Assembly: GCA_965644265.1 (NCBI GenBank)
Contig: OZ286469.1
Location: forward strand, 58,776,001 to 58,840,000
Reading direction: 5' to 3'
Length of the DNA: 64,000 nucleotides
Source of the DNA: Glycera tridactyla
Taxonomy: Eukaryota
The notes under the pieces are model-generated. The model saw only the letters and a program-made list of their open reading frames with translations, was not told where the DNA came from and made no database searches. Within the stretch, counting starts at the first letter, position 1; every line of letters starts with the position of its first letter. The position numbers and the translations under genes are program-made. Shown here in pieces: positions 62,494 through 64,000 of the stretch.

Positions 62494-63794
62494 ATGTTCC
62501 AGCCAAATGTCCAAAACCTGCATCTGCTGCAGCTTTGGCTCGAGCAACAAGAACACCAAGCTGACCGAGATGTTGCTATGCTCCAGTACCTTCGTCACCA
62601 ACAAGATGCCCAAAGACCAGTACCCAGACAACACTGGACGAGAGCCTGGCGCAGCCAAACGTTTCGTGAAGAAGTAGGAGCCTACCACCGTCTGATGAGA
62701 GAGCTTGAAAGACATGACCAAGAATCGTTCAAGAATTTCCAACGTATCTCACCGGCCATGTTTCATGAACTACAAGACAGACTCAGACCATGGCTGGAAG
62801 AAAAGAGGACAAAGTTCCGTAAGCCTTTGGATGCAGGGGAAAGACTGGCCATCACCCTTCGTTACCTTACTACAGGGGATAGCTACAGAACCCTGGGGTA
62901 CCACTTCATAGCTGGCCACAATACCATATCCAAGATCGTGCCTGAAGTCTGTGAGGCAATAATTGCTGAGTATGCTGATGAAGTCATCAAACCACCAATA
63001 ACACCCGAAGGTTTGAGGGAAATTGCAGAAGGCTTCCAGGAGAGATGGAACTTCCCACATGTCTGTGGAGTGCTGGATGGAAAACATGTGGCCATACGTT
63101 GTCCTCGTCGTGTGGATCCATTTACTACAATTACAAGAACTACCACTCTATAATCCTTATGGCACTTGTCGACTCCAATTATGTGTTCAGATGGGTCGAT
63201 GTCGGCAGAAATGGGTCATGCTCAGATGCTCAAGTGTTCCAGCATAGCGAACTCCGTGAAGTTCTGGAAGATGGAAGCATCAACTTCCCACCAGCAGAAC
63301 CTCTACCGCATGACACCGAGCCAGTGCCGTACTTCATTCTCGGAGATGAGGCTTTTCCGCTCAAGACATGGCTGATGAAGTCTTTTGCCAAGAGAAACCT
63401 TCAGCACGATGAGAGGGTATTCAACTACCACTTGTCAAGGGCACGAAGGGTGGTTGAGAACTCGTTTGGCATCATGTGTTCGAAATTTTGCTGCCTGCTT
63501 CACACCATGGAACAAGATCCTAATAACGTCATCAGCATTGTCCTTGCCTGCATCTGCCTGCACAACATCATGCGAATCCGTTACCCTGACCACCACATTG
63601 GAGAAGTGGACACCGAGGATCAACATGGACAACTCAACCCTGGAGCTTGGCGGAACCATGGAAACTTGGATGACATTGACCCGTGTCGTGGTGGAAATTG
63701 GGCAACAGTTCGAGCTAAGAGGCAACGCTTGCTGCTGAAGCACTATGTCAACTCAGCAGTTGGAAGTGTTACATGGCAGGATGACAAGGCATGA
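62494..63794 (+). pseudogene. Harbinger (HARBI1-like, DDE_Tnp_4) transposase with a single frameshift
   Basis: FKNFQRIS..F..L; ERLAITLRYLTTG; WNFPHVCGVLDGKHVAIRCP; YYNYKNYHSIILMALVD; LGDEAFPL; LSRARRVVENSFG. A 1-bp loss at ~63112 joins ORFs 62494 and 63045. Confidence 0.93.
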
Positions 63795-63879
63795 ATGTCC
63801 TTCAAAATGTGACAGAATCACCAAAACTTTCGTGCCCTTTTCAGGGCGCACAAATCTTCCAAGAACAGATGAGTAAAAA

Positions 63880-64000
63880 CTGACTGACTGACTGACTGAC
63901 TGGATGGATGGATGGATCATCTATGAATGGATGGGTGGATGGGAGGATGGATGGATGGATGGATCATCTATGAATGGGTGAGTGGATGGGAGGATGGATG
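63880..64000. repeat. (GACT)n/(GGAT)n microsatellite
   Basis: Direct reading. Confidence 0.85.

Larger units (their letters stand above)
61840..64000 (+). mobile_element. PIF/Harbinger DNA transposon (left end; right end beyond the window)
   Basis: Left terminus AGCCCCGTTCCCACT, CACAAC-rich subterminal region, TATAAAAG at ~62345, transposase downstream. Confidence 0.85.

Overview
This is AT-rich animal genomic DNA, probably from a marine invertebrate (inferred from the repeat families; the host cannot be identified). It is a draft assembly with 8 N-gaps and is dominated by transposable elements. One host gene is supported: a minus-strand Golgi carbohydrate sulfotransferase (CHST 6-O family). 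I reconstruct it as two coding exons, 57007-56903 (signal anchor) and 54753-53650 (catalytic domain), giving about 402 aa. TE content: a near-intact L2/Crack-type LINE ORF2 (5.1-8.1 kb, one nonsense codon) with an SGNH-esterase relic upstream; an Academ-type transposase relic (10.1-11.8 kb); a Harbinger element with a one-frameshift transposase (61.8 kb to the window end); a 339-bp palindromic Penelope remnant with two hammerhead-ribozyme cores (17.7-18.0 kb); and many MITEs, SINE-like repeats, LINE 3' fragments and microsatellites. The most striking structure is a 5.2-kb nested giant palindrome (20135-25312) with CACTA-like ends. It splits a CR1 fragment cleanly and itself carries a CpG-rich Harbinger MITE. 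All family assignments come from motif recognition by eye, without database searches. Coordinates of decayed repeats are approximate.
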